From NCBI RefSeq assembly GCF_009914755.1, contig NC_060930.1: 64,000 nucleotides of DNA. The stretch is one strand, 5' to 3'. The notes below the pieces were generated by a model that was not told the DNA's origin, searched no databases, and was given only the letters and a program-made list of their open reading frames with translations. The position numbers and the translations under genes are program-made. This document shows positions 52,902 through 64,000 of this stretch, piece after piece (position 1 is the stretch's first letter; every line of letters begins with the position of its first letter). The DNA comes from the human T2T-CHM13v2.0 reference genome, Homo sapiens.

Positions 52902-55900
52902 GGGAGTGGATCAAGATGGTAGAATAGAAGCCTGCACCATTAGTCTCCCCCACAGGAACACCACATATTAATAACTATCTGCACACAGAAAAGCACTATC
53001 ACAAGAACCAAAAATCAGGTGAGAAATAATCTGAAATCAAAAGTATGCGGTTTTAACTTCATGTCACTGAAAAAGACATTGAAGAGTGTAGGTACGAGAG
53101 AGAGTCTTGAATCACCAACACCACTTCCTTATCCCCCAGCAGTGGCTGCACTGCGCAGAGAGAGAATGTATCCTCCTGGGAGAGGGAGAGCACAATGACT
53201 GGGAGATTTTACGTTGAACTCAGTGCTGCCTTGTCACAGTGGAGAATAAAGCCATGCTGGGCTCAGCCAGCACCTGCTCATAGAGAGAGCATTTGGACCA
53301 GCCCTAGCCAGAAGGGAATTGCTCATCCCAATGGTCATAATTTGAGTTTCTCCACAAGCCTTGCCACTACAGGCCAAAGGGCTCTGTGGTCCTAGGTAAA
53401 CTTGAAAGGCAGCCTAGGACAAAAGGACTGCAATTCCTAGGCAACTCCTAGTGCTAGTCTGGGCTTCGAGCCAGTGGACTAGGCTGGCATGTGACCTAGA
53501 GGGATACTAGCTAGGGCAACTAAGGGAGTGATTATGCCATCCCTCCCCCAACCCTAGGCAGTACACCGTGCAGCAACTAAAGTAACTCCTTCCTTCTGCT
53601 TAAGGAGGGCAGAGCAAAGAGTAAAGAGGACTTTGTCTTGCATCTTGGACACCAGCTTAGCCACAGTAGGATAGGTCAGTGGGCAGAGTTTTGAGGACCC
53701 CATTCCAGGCCCTCACTCATGGATGAAATTTCTAGACGCACTCTGGATGAAAAGAAAACATGCTGCCTGGAAAGGAAAGACCCAGTCCTGGCAGGATTCA
53801 CCACCTGCTGACTAAAGAGTCCTTGGCCCCTGAATAACCAGCAGCAATACCCAGGGACTATGCTCTGGGCCTTGGGCTCTGAGACATGCTGACTTTGGGA
53901 GTGATCAGCACATTCCCAGCTGTTGTGGCTACAGGGAGACACTGTTTCTGTTTGAGAAAAGCAGAGGGAAAAGTAAAGGAGACTTTGTCTTGCACCTTAG
54001 GTACCAGCTTGGCCACAGTGGGGTAGAGCAACAATCAGGCTCTTGGGGTCCCCAAGTCCAAGCCTAGGCTCTTGGACCTGCCCTGGGGCAGAGGGGAGTC
54101 CACTACCCTAAAGAGTGAGTCCCAGGCCTCATAACATTCACCACAGCTGACTGAAGAGCCCTTGGGCTTTAAAGTAAACATCAGTGGTGGCCTGGCAGAA
54201 CCCTCCATGGGCAAGTGGTGGTGGAGGCCACAGGGAGAGTCTTCTCTGCCTGTGGAAAGGGATGGGAAGAGCAGGCAGTACTTTGTATTGTGGTTGAGTA
54301 CCAGCTTAATTGTAATAGAATAGAATGGCAGGCAAATTTCTAAGGTTTTTGACTGCAATCTATGGCTCTCAGATAGGATCTCTGAACCCACCTGTGACCT
54401 GGGGGAACTTACAGCCCTAAAGGGAAGGACACAAACCTGTTTGGCTTTACCACCTCCTGCTGATCATAGAGCCATAGGTCCTTGAGTGAACATAGATAGT
54501 AACCAAGTAGTGATTACAGTGAGCCCTGGGCAAGACAGAGTTCTATGCTGGGTTCAGGTCTGATCCAGCACAGTTCCAGTGGTGGTGGCCACAGGGGTGC
54601 TTGCATCACCACACTCCCAGTTCCAGGCAACTCAGCATAGAGGTAGAGACTCCCTTTGGGAGAAAGTAAGAAAAAGACAAGAGTCTCTGCTTCGTAATTT
54701 AGAGAATTCTGCAACTTATCCAGGACCACCAAAGAAGTACCTTTATGAGTCTGCAAAACCACATTGTTATTGGACTTGGGGTCCAAGTCCCTTTGAGTAC
54801 CTGGAATGTCTTCCCAAGAGGGATGGGCACAAACAAGCCTGGACTTTGAAGACTACAATAAATACCTAACTCTTCAATGCCCAGACACTGACAAATGTCT
54901 AAAAGCATCAAGACTATCCAGGAAAACATGACCTCACTAAGCAAACTAAATGAGGCACCAGAGATCAATCCTAGAGAAACAGAGATATGTGACCTTTCAG
55001 ACAGAGAATTCAAAATAGCTGTTTTGAGGAAACTCAAGGAAATTCAAAATAACACAGAGAAGGAATTCAGAATTCTATCAGATAAATTTAACAATGATAT
55101 GGAAATAATTAAAAAGAATCAAGCAGAAATTCTAGAGTTAAAAATGCAATTGACATACTGAAGAATGCATCAGAACCTCTTAATAGCAGAACTGGTCAAG
55201 CAAAGAAGTAATTAGTGAGTATCTCTGGACACACTTGGGGCCTGGGGGTACACGCAGCTCTGAAGGGAAGTGCACAAACATGGCTCTGAAGGGAAGCACA
55301 CAAACCTACTTGGCATTACCAGCTATTTGAGAAGACAGGCTATTTGAAAATACATGGTCAGTGGAGACAAAAGAAAAAGGAATAAAAAAGAGTGAAGCAC
55401 AACTACAAGATCTAGAAAATATCCTGCAAAGGACAAATGTAAGAGTTATTGGCCTTAAAAAGGAGGTAGAGAAAGAGAAAGTGGTAGAAAGTTTATTTAA
55501 AGAGATAATATCAGACAACTTCCTGAACCTAGAGAAAGATGTCAACATTCAAATAGAAGAACGTTATAGAACACCAAGCAGATTTGACCCAAAGAAGACT
55601 ACCTGAAAGCACTCAACAATCAAACTTTCAAAGCTTAAGGATGAAGAAGGGAAACTAAAAGCAGCAAGAGAAAAAAACAAATAATATGCAATGCAGTTTT
55701 ACTATGTCTGGCAGAATTTTCAATGGAAACTTTTCAGGCAAGGAGAGAGGGCATGATATATTTAAAGTGCTGAAAGAAAAATAATAAAGTCAGGGGATGG
55801 AGTTAAAGTGTAAGGTTTTTATCAGTTTTCTTTTTGTGTGTTTGTGGTCAGTGTTAAGTTATAATTAGTTTAAATAATAGGTTATAAGATAGTATTTTCA

Positions 55901-58900
55901 AGTCTCATGGTGACCTAGATTGAGCAACATATAATGGATACATATACAAAAAAATCCCAAGAAATTAAATCACACTACCCAAGAAAATTACCTTTACCAA
56001 AAGGAGGATAAGAAGGAAGGAAAGAAGAAAGAGAAGCCAAAAAATAAACAACCAGAAAACAAGACAATAAAGTGGCAGGAGTAATTTCCTACTTATCAAC
56101 AATAACATTGAATGTAAATAGATTAAACTCTTCGATAAAAACATATAAAGTGGTTGAATGGATGAAAAAACAAAACCCAATGATCTGTTGCCTACAAGAA
56201 ACACACTTCACCAATTGATACACATAGACTGAAAATAAAAGGATGGAAAAAGATTCCATGCCAATGGAAACCAAAAAAAAAAAAAAAAAAAAAAAGCAGG
56301 AGTAGCTATACTTATATCAGAAAAAATTGATTTCAAGACAAAAACTCTAAGAAGAGACAGAGAAGGTCATTATATTATGATAGATCAATTCACCAAGAGG
56401 ATATAACAATTTAAAATATATATTCACCCAAAATTGGACCACTCAGATATATAAAGCAAATATTGTTAGAATTAAAGAGAGATATGAACCTCAGTACAAA
56501 AATAGCTGGAGACTCCAACAGTCTACTTTCAGCATTGGACAGATAATCCAGACAGAAAGTCAACAAAGAAACGCTGGACTTAATCTTCACTATAAGCAAA
56601 ATGGACCTAATAAATATTTTATGGACCATTTCACTCAACGGCTGCTGAATACACATTCTTCTTTTAGCACATGGACCATTCTCAAGGATCGATCATATGT
56701 TAGGTCACAAAACAAGTCTTAAAACATTAAAAAAATTGAGGCTGGGTGCGGCGGCTCACACCTGTAATCCCAGCACTTTGGGAGGCTGAGGTGGGCGGAT
56801 CATGAGGTCAGGAGATTGAGACCATCCTGGCTAACATGGTGGCACCCCATCTCTATTAAAAATACAAAAAAATTAGCTGGGCATGGTGGTGTGTGCCTGT
56901 AGTTCCAGCTGCTGGGAGGCTGAGGCAGGAGAATTACATGAACCCAGGAGGCAGAGCTTACACTGAACTGAGATCATGCCACTGCACTCCAGCCTGGGTG
57001 ACAGAGGAAGACTCCATCTCAAAAAAAAAAAAAAAAAATTGAAATTACCTCAAGTATCTTCTCAACCACAGTGGAGTAAAACAGAAATGAGTAACAAGAG
57101 GAATTTTGGCAATGATCCAAACACATGGAAATTAAATAATATGGTCCTGAGTGACCAGTGGGTCAATGAAGAAAGAAGGAAATTGAAAAATTTCTTGAAA
57201 CATATTATAATGGAAACACAACATACCAAAACCTATGGGATACAGTGAAAACAGCACTGAAACAGAAATTCATAGCTACAAGTGCCTGTATCAAAAAGAA
57301 GAAAACTTCAAATCAATAACTTAATGATGCATCTTGAAGAGCCAGAAAAGCAAGAGCAAACCAATCCCAAAATTAGTGGAAGAAAAAAAAAATAGTAAAG
57401 AGCAGAGCAGAAGTTCATGAAATTGAAATGAAGAAAACATTACAAAAGATCAATGAAATAAAAAAGTTGCTTTTTTGAAAAAGTAAACAAACTTTACAAA
57501 CTCTTAGATTAATGAAGAAAAAAACGGAGAAGATCCAAATAAATAAGAGATGAAAAAGAAGACATTACAACTGATACTACAGAAATTCAAAGGATCATTA
57601 GTGGCTACTATGAACAGCTATATCCCAATACTGGGAAATCTAACAGAAATAGATAAATTCCTAGACACATATAACCAACCAAGATTAAACCATGAAGAAA
57701 TCTGAAACCTGAACAGACCAATCACAAGTAATGAGATCAAAGTAAAGACAACTTGGGACCTGAGGGCTTCACTGCTGAATTTTATCAAACATTTAAAGAA
57801 GAACCAATACCAATCCTACTCAAACTATTCCAAAAAATAGAGGAGGAGGTAATATTTCCAACTCATTCTGTGAGGCCAGTATTGCCCTGATACCAAAATC
57901 AGACAAAGACAAATTAAAAAAAAGACAACTAAAGACTAGTATTCTTGATAAACATTGATGCAAAAATCCTCAACAAAGTACTAGTAAACCTAATTTAACA
58001 ACACATTTAAAAGATAATTTATTATAACCAAGTAAGATTTATCCCAGGGATGCAAGGATGGTTCAAAATATGCAAGTCAATCAATATGATACATTATGTC
58101 AACAGAATAAAGGAAAAAAAAACACATGACAATTTCAATTAGTGCTAAAAAGTTTTTAGTTCAACATACCTTCATGATCAAAACTGTCAAAAAACTGGGT
58201 ATAGATCAAATGTACTCAACACAATAAAAGCCATATTTAACAGACCCACAGCCAGTATCATACTGAATGGGAAAAAAACTGAAAGTCTTTCCTCTAATAT
58301 CTGGAACATGAAAAGAATGCCTACTTTCACCACTGTTATTCAACATAGTCCTGGAAGCCCTAGCTATGGCAATTAGAAAAGAGAGGCATTTAGTTGGAAA
58401 GAAAGAAGTCAAATTATCCTTGCTTGCAGATGATATGATATTATATTTGGAAAAACCTAAAGACTCGACCAAAAAACTATTTAAACTGATAAACAAATTC
58501 AGTAAGTTGAAGGATACAAAATCAATATTTCAAAATCAGTAGCATTTCTGTATGATAACAGCAAATAATCTAAAAAAGAAATCAAGAAAGTAATCCCAAT
58601 TACAATAGCTACAAATAAAATAAAATAATTAGAAATTAACTTAATAAAGAAGTGAAGGATTTCTATAATGAAAACTATGCAATGCTGATGAAATAAATTG
58701 AAAAGGACACAAAAAATGAAAATACATTCCATGTTTATGAATCAGAAGTATAAATATTGTAAAATGTCTATACTACCTAAAGCAAGCCACAGATTAAATG
58801 CAATCTATATTAAAATATGACATTCTTCAAAGAAATAGAAAACACAATTCTTTTAATTTATATGGAGCCACAAAAGACCCAGAATAGCCAAAGCTGTCTT

Positions 58901-60898
58901 GAGCAAAAAAAGCAAAAATTAAAAAACAAACAAGGAAACAAAAAAACTGGAGGTATCACGTTATCTGACTTCAAAATATACTACAGAGCTATAGTAACCA
59001 AAATAGCATGGTACTCACATGAAAACAGACACATAGGCCAATGGAACGAATTAGATAACTCAGAAACAAATCCATATAACTACATTGAACTCATTTTCAA
59101 CAAAGATGCCAAGAACATATATTGGGGAAAAGTCAGTGTCTTCAGTAAATGGTGCTGGCAAAACTGGATATCCATGTGCAGAAGAATGAAACTAGACCCC
59201 TATCTTTTGTCATATACAAAGATAAAATCCAAATGTATTAAAGACTTAAGTCTAACACCTTAAACTATGAAACTACTACAAGAAAACATTGGGGAACCTC
59301 TACAGGACATTGGACTAGGCAAAGATTTCTTGAGTAATACCCCATAAGCACAGGCAACCAAAGCAAAAATGAACAAATTGGGATCACATCAAGTTAAAAA
59401 GATTATATACAGCAAAGGATACAATCAACAAAGTGAAGAGACAACCCACAGAATGGGAGAAAATATTTGCAAACTACCCGTCTGACAGGGCTTAATAACC
59501 AGAATATAGCTCAAACAACTCTATAAGAAAAAAGTATAATAATCTGATTAAAAATGGACAAAAGATTCCAATAGACATTTCTCAAAGAAGGCATACAAAT
59601 AGTAAGAAGTTATATGAAAAGGTGCTCAACATCATTGGTCATTAGGGAAATGCAAATTAAAACTACAATGTGATATCTCACCCCAGTTAAAATGGCTTTT
59701 ATCCAAAAGACAGGTAATAAATGCTGATGAAGACATGGAGAAAAGAGAAAAGAGCAAAGGAAACAACCAGCAAAATGAAAAGACAACCCACAAAATGGGA
59801 GAAAATATTTGCAAACTATCCATCAGAAAAGGGATTAATAACTAGAACATATAAAGAGTTCAAACAAATATATAGGGAAAAAAATCTAATAATCTGATTT
59901 AAAAATGGGCAAAAGATCTGAATAGACGTTTCTCAAAAGAGTACATACAAATGGCAAATAGCAATATGAAAAGGTACCAAACATCATTGATCATCAGAGA
60001 AATGCAAATCAAAACTACAATGAGGTATCATCTCACCCCAGCTAAAATGGCCTTTTATCAAAAGATAGATAATAACAAATGCTGGTGAGGATGTGGAAAA
60101 AGGGAACAGTTGTACATGGTTGGTGGGAATATAATTTAGTACAATCACTATGGAGAACAATTTGGAGGTTCCTCAAGAAACTAAAACCTGGAGCCACCAT
60201 ATGATCCAGAGTCTCACTACTGGTTATATACCCAAAGGAAAAGAAGTCAGTGTATGAAAGAGATATCTGCACTCCCATGTTTATTGCAGCACTGTTCACA
60301 GTAGCCAAGATTTGGAGGCAACCTGTGTGTCCATCGACATAAGAATGGATAAAGATAATGTGTTACTTACACACAATGGAAAACTATTCTTCCAGCAAAA
60401 AATAAGGTCCTGTCATTTGCAACAACATGGATGGAACTTGACATCATCATATTAAATGAAATAAGCCAGGTACAAAAGACAAACATTGCATGTTCTCACT
60501 TATTTGTCGGGTATAAAAATGAAAACAATTGAACTCATGGAGACAGAGAGTAGAAGGATTGTTACCAGAGGCTAGGAAGGGTAGTGGGGGTATAGAGGGG
60601 AAGTGGGGATGGTTAATAGGTACAAAAAAAAAAAGAATGAATGAATAAAACCCAATATATGATAGCACAACAGGGTGACTATAGTAAATAATAATTTAAT
60701 TGTAAATTTAAAAATAACTAAATGAGTGTAATTGGATAACTTGTATCACAAAGGATAAATGCTTGAGGGGATGAAGACCTTATTTTTCATGTTATGATTA
60801 TTACACACTGTATGCCTATATAAAAATATCTCATGTACCCCGTAAATATATACACTTACCATGTACCCACAAAAGTAAAAAATTAAAAATAAAAAAAA
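52902..60898 (+). mobile_element. Long L1MA1/2-type element with L1M1/L1PBa-type repeat-containing 5'UTR; ORFs degenerate
   Basis: GGGAGTGGATCAAGATGG start; repeated 5'UTR units (~53620 and ~53970); ORF1 fragments (54895, 55361); ORF2 fragments; L1MA 3'UTR and A-tail at 60870-60898. Confidence 0.88.
56740..57031 (+). mobile_element. AluY-like, full length, inserted in the L1 endonuclease region
   Basis: GATCATGAGGTCAGGAGATTGAGACCATCCTGGCTAAC diagnostics; TSD AAAAAAATTGA (56729-56739 / 57032-57042). Confidence 0.93.
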
Positions 60899-60989
60899 CC
60901 ATTTTTTTCCTGTTCTTAAAAAGTGTGATTAGAGGAGAAAATTAAGTGGATATACATTTCATCCTGTGCTGTACACTGCCTATGTGGTG

Positions 60990-61155
60990 CAGCACATATA
61001 GTAGACAGTATTGTCACTTTTCATGTTAGGGAACTGAGGTACAGCAAAGTTAAGAAACTCATGCAGTCATACATCTAGCAAGGGCAAAAGAAGAGGTTAC
61101 AGCACTGGATTGTCTGATTGTAAAACTATAACTGCAATATTTTATGCTGCCTCTA
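60990..61155 (-). mobile_element. MIR fragment
   Basis: GGAACTGAGGTACAGCAAAGTTAAGAAACT...GTCTGATTGTAAAAC...ATGCTGCCTC. Confidence 0.6.
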
Positions 61156-61227
61156 ACATCCACAAACTTAACATTTATGAAAAATATACTTACTAGATTT
61201 TGGAGTTTTGAATTGTTGGCTTTTCAA

Positions 61228-61620
61228 CAATCAGGGTATTTGGTTGCAAGCAACAGAAACAGCTATCTAAATAAAGTGAAAAAAGAATGTTGTTAGAAGT
61301 AAAGTGGGTAGCTCATGAAAGCAAGAGGACTTTGGAAATGGGTAGGCGCAAAGAAAGCCCATTAGCATGCAAGATCATTCCACAGCTATGCTCAGGACAA
61401 CACTGGTACTGTTGCATTGGAGTGCAGCTGTCATGACTGACTATCAATTCTGCCATTCCTGGATACTTGCTGCCATTTGGGTGTACTTTCAACTCTGCTA
61501 AACTTACAATGGATAACCTGTGCTTTTTCCTCAGGTTTTGGATCATGATCTCCACATCCCAAGTCTTAGGTGGCAACACCTGACTGGCTGAGCCTAGGCT
61601 TATGGACTAGTTGTCAGGGA
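61228..61620. mobile_element. Old MaLR LTR (MLT1-type)
   Basis: TCAGGGTATTTGGTTGCAAGCAACAGAAAC...CTGACTGGCTGAGCCTAGG. Confidence 0.5.
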
Positions 61621-62565
61621 TCTGAAAAAAAGCCTCTTTGGCTTCCATTTTGGAAACTGGAGTCTTGATTTCCATTTGTTTTAGGATTGACACCAGACAG
61701 AAAGAGTGTTGCTTTCTGGGCTTCGGAAATGAAAAATGTTTACCGCAGTCCAAATATTTGGCTTCCCCAAGCAACATAAACATTTTTATCTTACAGCATC
61801 TCTTGGCCATTCAAAAGCTTTCATCTAGCCTAATATAATTTGGGTCATATGGTCACAAATATCTCATGATCAAGTGTTCAGTCTTGACTAGCCCAGTTAA
61901 AAAGCATGAGCATTTTCTTAAAAGGAGAATAATATGTGTTAAGCAGTTCTCAAAATTGATGAGAACTCTAACGAACTAGACTAGGAAACTAGCCAGGAAT
62001 TAATGGACATAAAACTAGCCAAGGATGCGACCATAGGAGTAGCCTGTCTGTTATTTCAACACTGGTGCCATCACAAATGGCCACTTACTGCAGCCAACAC
62101 TGGACCTTGCTCCTCGTTATGGCACAGCACTTTCAATTCATCAGCAGGCACTAAAAATTATGTCAGACTGTGTTGAGGCTGTGGGTCACTAGCAGCAGAG
62201 TTGAAGTCCTAAGTTAGAGCACAAGACTTGCCAGGTCTAGGAGTTGAGAAAGAGAACGTCTATGCACTTTGGCTTGGCTTCTTTAGTCAGTTTGGAATTC
62301 TCTCAAATAAGAGAATAACCAGAAAACCCAAAATGACAAAGGTCAAGTATAGCATATTTTTTTCTTGCATCAATATATAAAGAGTTGTTATGTAAGTCAT
62401 TGTCTTTTTCTTGTATTTTATACCTTCTTGTTAAAAACAAAAGATCTCTGGACCTGTGAATCTATGAATTGAACTTTTTTTGTATTTAAGTAATATTTAT
62501 ACTATATTTGCTTATTGTTAATTTTCTTACTAGTAAATATTTTTCAAAGTAGACATTCAAAAGTG

Positions 62566-63496
62566 ATTTGCAAACTATGCATCTGACAAAGGTCTAATAT
62601 CCAGAATCTATAAGGAACTTTTAAGAAATTAACAAGCCAGAAACAAACAATCCTATTAAAAAGTGGGCAAAAGACATGAACAGACAATTTTCAGAAGAAG
62701 ACATACATATGGCCAACAAGCATATAAAAAATGCTCAATATCACTGATCATTAGAGAAATGCAAATCACAACCACAATGAGATACCATCTCACATCGGTC
62801 AGAATGGCTATGACTAAAAAGTCAAAAAATAGCAGATGCTGGCAAGATTGCAGAGAAAAGAGAATGTTTATGCATTAGTGATGGGAATGTAAACTACTTT
62901 AGCCATTGTGGAAACAGCATGGCGATTTCTCGAAGAATGTAAAACAGAATCACCTTTGGACCCAGTAATCCCATTACTGGGTATATACCCAAAGGAATAT
63001 AAATCATTCTACCATAAAGACACATGCACGTGTATGTTCATTGCCACACTATTCACAATAGCAAAGATATGGAAGCAATCTAAATGCCCATCAATAGTAG
63101 ACTGGATAAAGAAAATGTTGTACATAGACACCACGGTATAATATGCAGCCATAAAACAGAATTAAATAATGTCCTTTGCAGCAACATGGATGAAACTGGA
63201 GGCCATTATCCTAAACAAACTAATGCAGGAACAGAAAACCAAATACCACATGTTCTCACTTATAAGTGGGAGCTAAATATCGAGAACACATGGACAGAAA
63301 GAAGGGAGCAACAGACACTGGTGCCTACTTGAGGGTGGAGGGTGGGAGGAGGAAGAGAATCAAAAACTATCTGTTGGGTACTATGCTTATTAGCTGGGTG
63401 ATGAAATAATCTGTACTCCAACCCCCATGACATCAAATTTACCTAAATAACAAACCTGCACCTGTAACCCTCAGCCTAAAAGTTAGGGGAAAAAAC
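62566..63496 (+). mobile_element. 5'-truncated L1 3' end (L1PA13-16-like)
   Basis: ORF2 C-terminal fragments (62663-63141) and a 3'UTR with GAGGGTGGAGGGTGGGAGGAGG and CCCCCATGACA...AACAAACCTGCAC. Confidence 0.9.
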
Positions 63497-64000
63497 CCAA
63501 ACCCAACTGTTTATATGAAAAGATTTCTTCAAATATTTTGAGATAGTATTTTTTTGTAATATTCCTTTTCAACATTATGTTAAAAATTTGTAGTATAAAT
63601 GCATTTTTTTCTAAAACAAGCAACTACCAATAAGTAATCTTAGTGCTTAATAATTGCACTAATGAGTTAAATAAACTTTTAAGTGACTTTTGGTGCCTAA
63701 TTAAATTCTGGTGTAGCAATTTTGTGTTCAAATATAACATAGGGTTGTAATTTAGCATATAGCTTAGAAAATTAGATAAAATAATAATGATCCAATTTTT
63801 AAAGAAAGCATTTTTTACCATGTCAGATACACATTTTTTTACTCCTTATGCCTTCAAAAATGTAGTGAACAAATTTAAATTAACTAGTCTTTAAATGGTT
63901 TTATTGGAACACTTAATGTATTGGTTCATTGTAAGAATTAAATTTACATTTAATGGGAAAATATAGCTAGAAGTCCCAAATTCTATTTGGCTATTAGTGT

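Noticed and set aside
53560-54500. Repeated ~350-bp units in the old L1 5'UTR
   Set aside because: As I recall, a normal feature of L1M1/L1PBa-type 5'UTRs rather than a locus-specific novelty.

Overview
Primate (human-like), AT-rich, repeat-dominated DNA from an intron or gene desert. I found no cellular protein-coding exon, RNA gene or CRISPR array. Almost half of the window is LINE-1. The main copies are the 5' 4.3 kb of a young L1PA2/3-like element (minus, 1-4300), a twin-primed L1PA10-like insertion (27.0-29.9 kb), a truncated L1MA (30.8-35.4 kb), a near-full-length L1PA6-like element (42.5-48.5 kb) and a long L1MA/L1M1-type element (52.9-60.9 kb). The window also holds a complete THE1 MaLR provirus, a solo THE1D LTR, Alus, MIR/L2 fossils, a CR1/L3 RT fossil, MARNA and MER33 DNA transposons, and a 1.4-kb compound RY tandem repeat. 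Every long ORF in the track is a broken L1 ORF1/ORF2 piece, a short repeat-derived frame, or a tandem-repeat artefact. The most notable observation is about 300 bp of non-L1, CpG-island-like sequence (42182-42478) lying inside the apparent target-site duplication of the L1PA6-like element. It joins exactly at the L1 AATAG|GAACAG position, which suggests a retrotransposed host-exon/L1 chimeric transcript (5' transduction or promoter capture). All subfamily names come from recalled consensus sequences and need RepeatMasker/Dfam confirmation.
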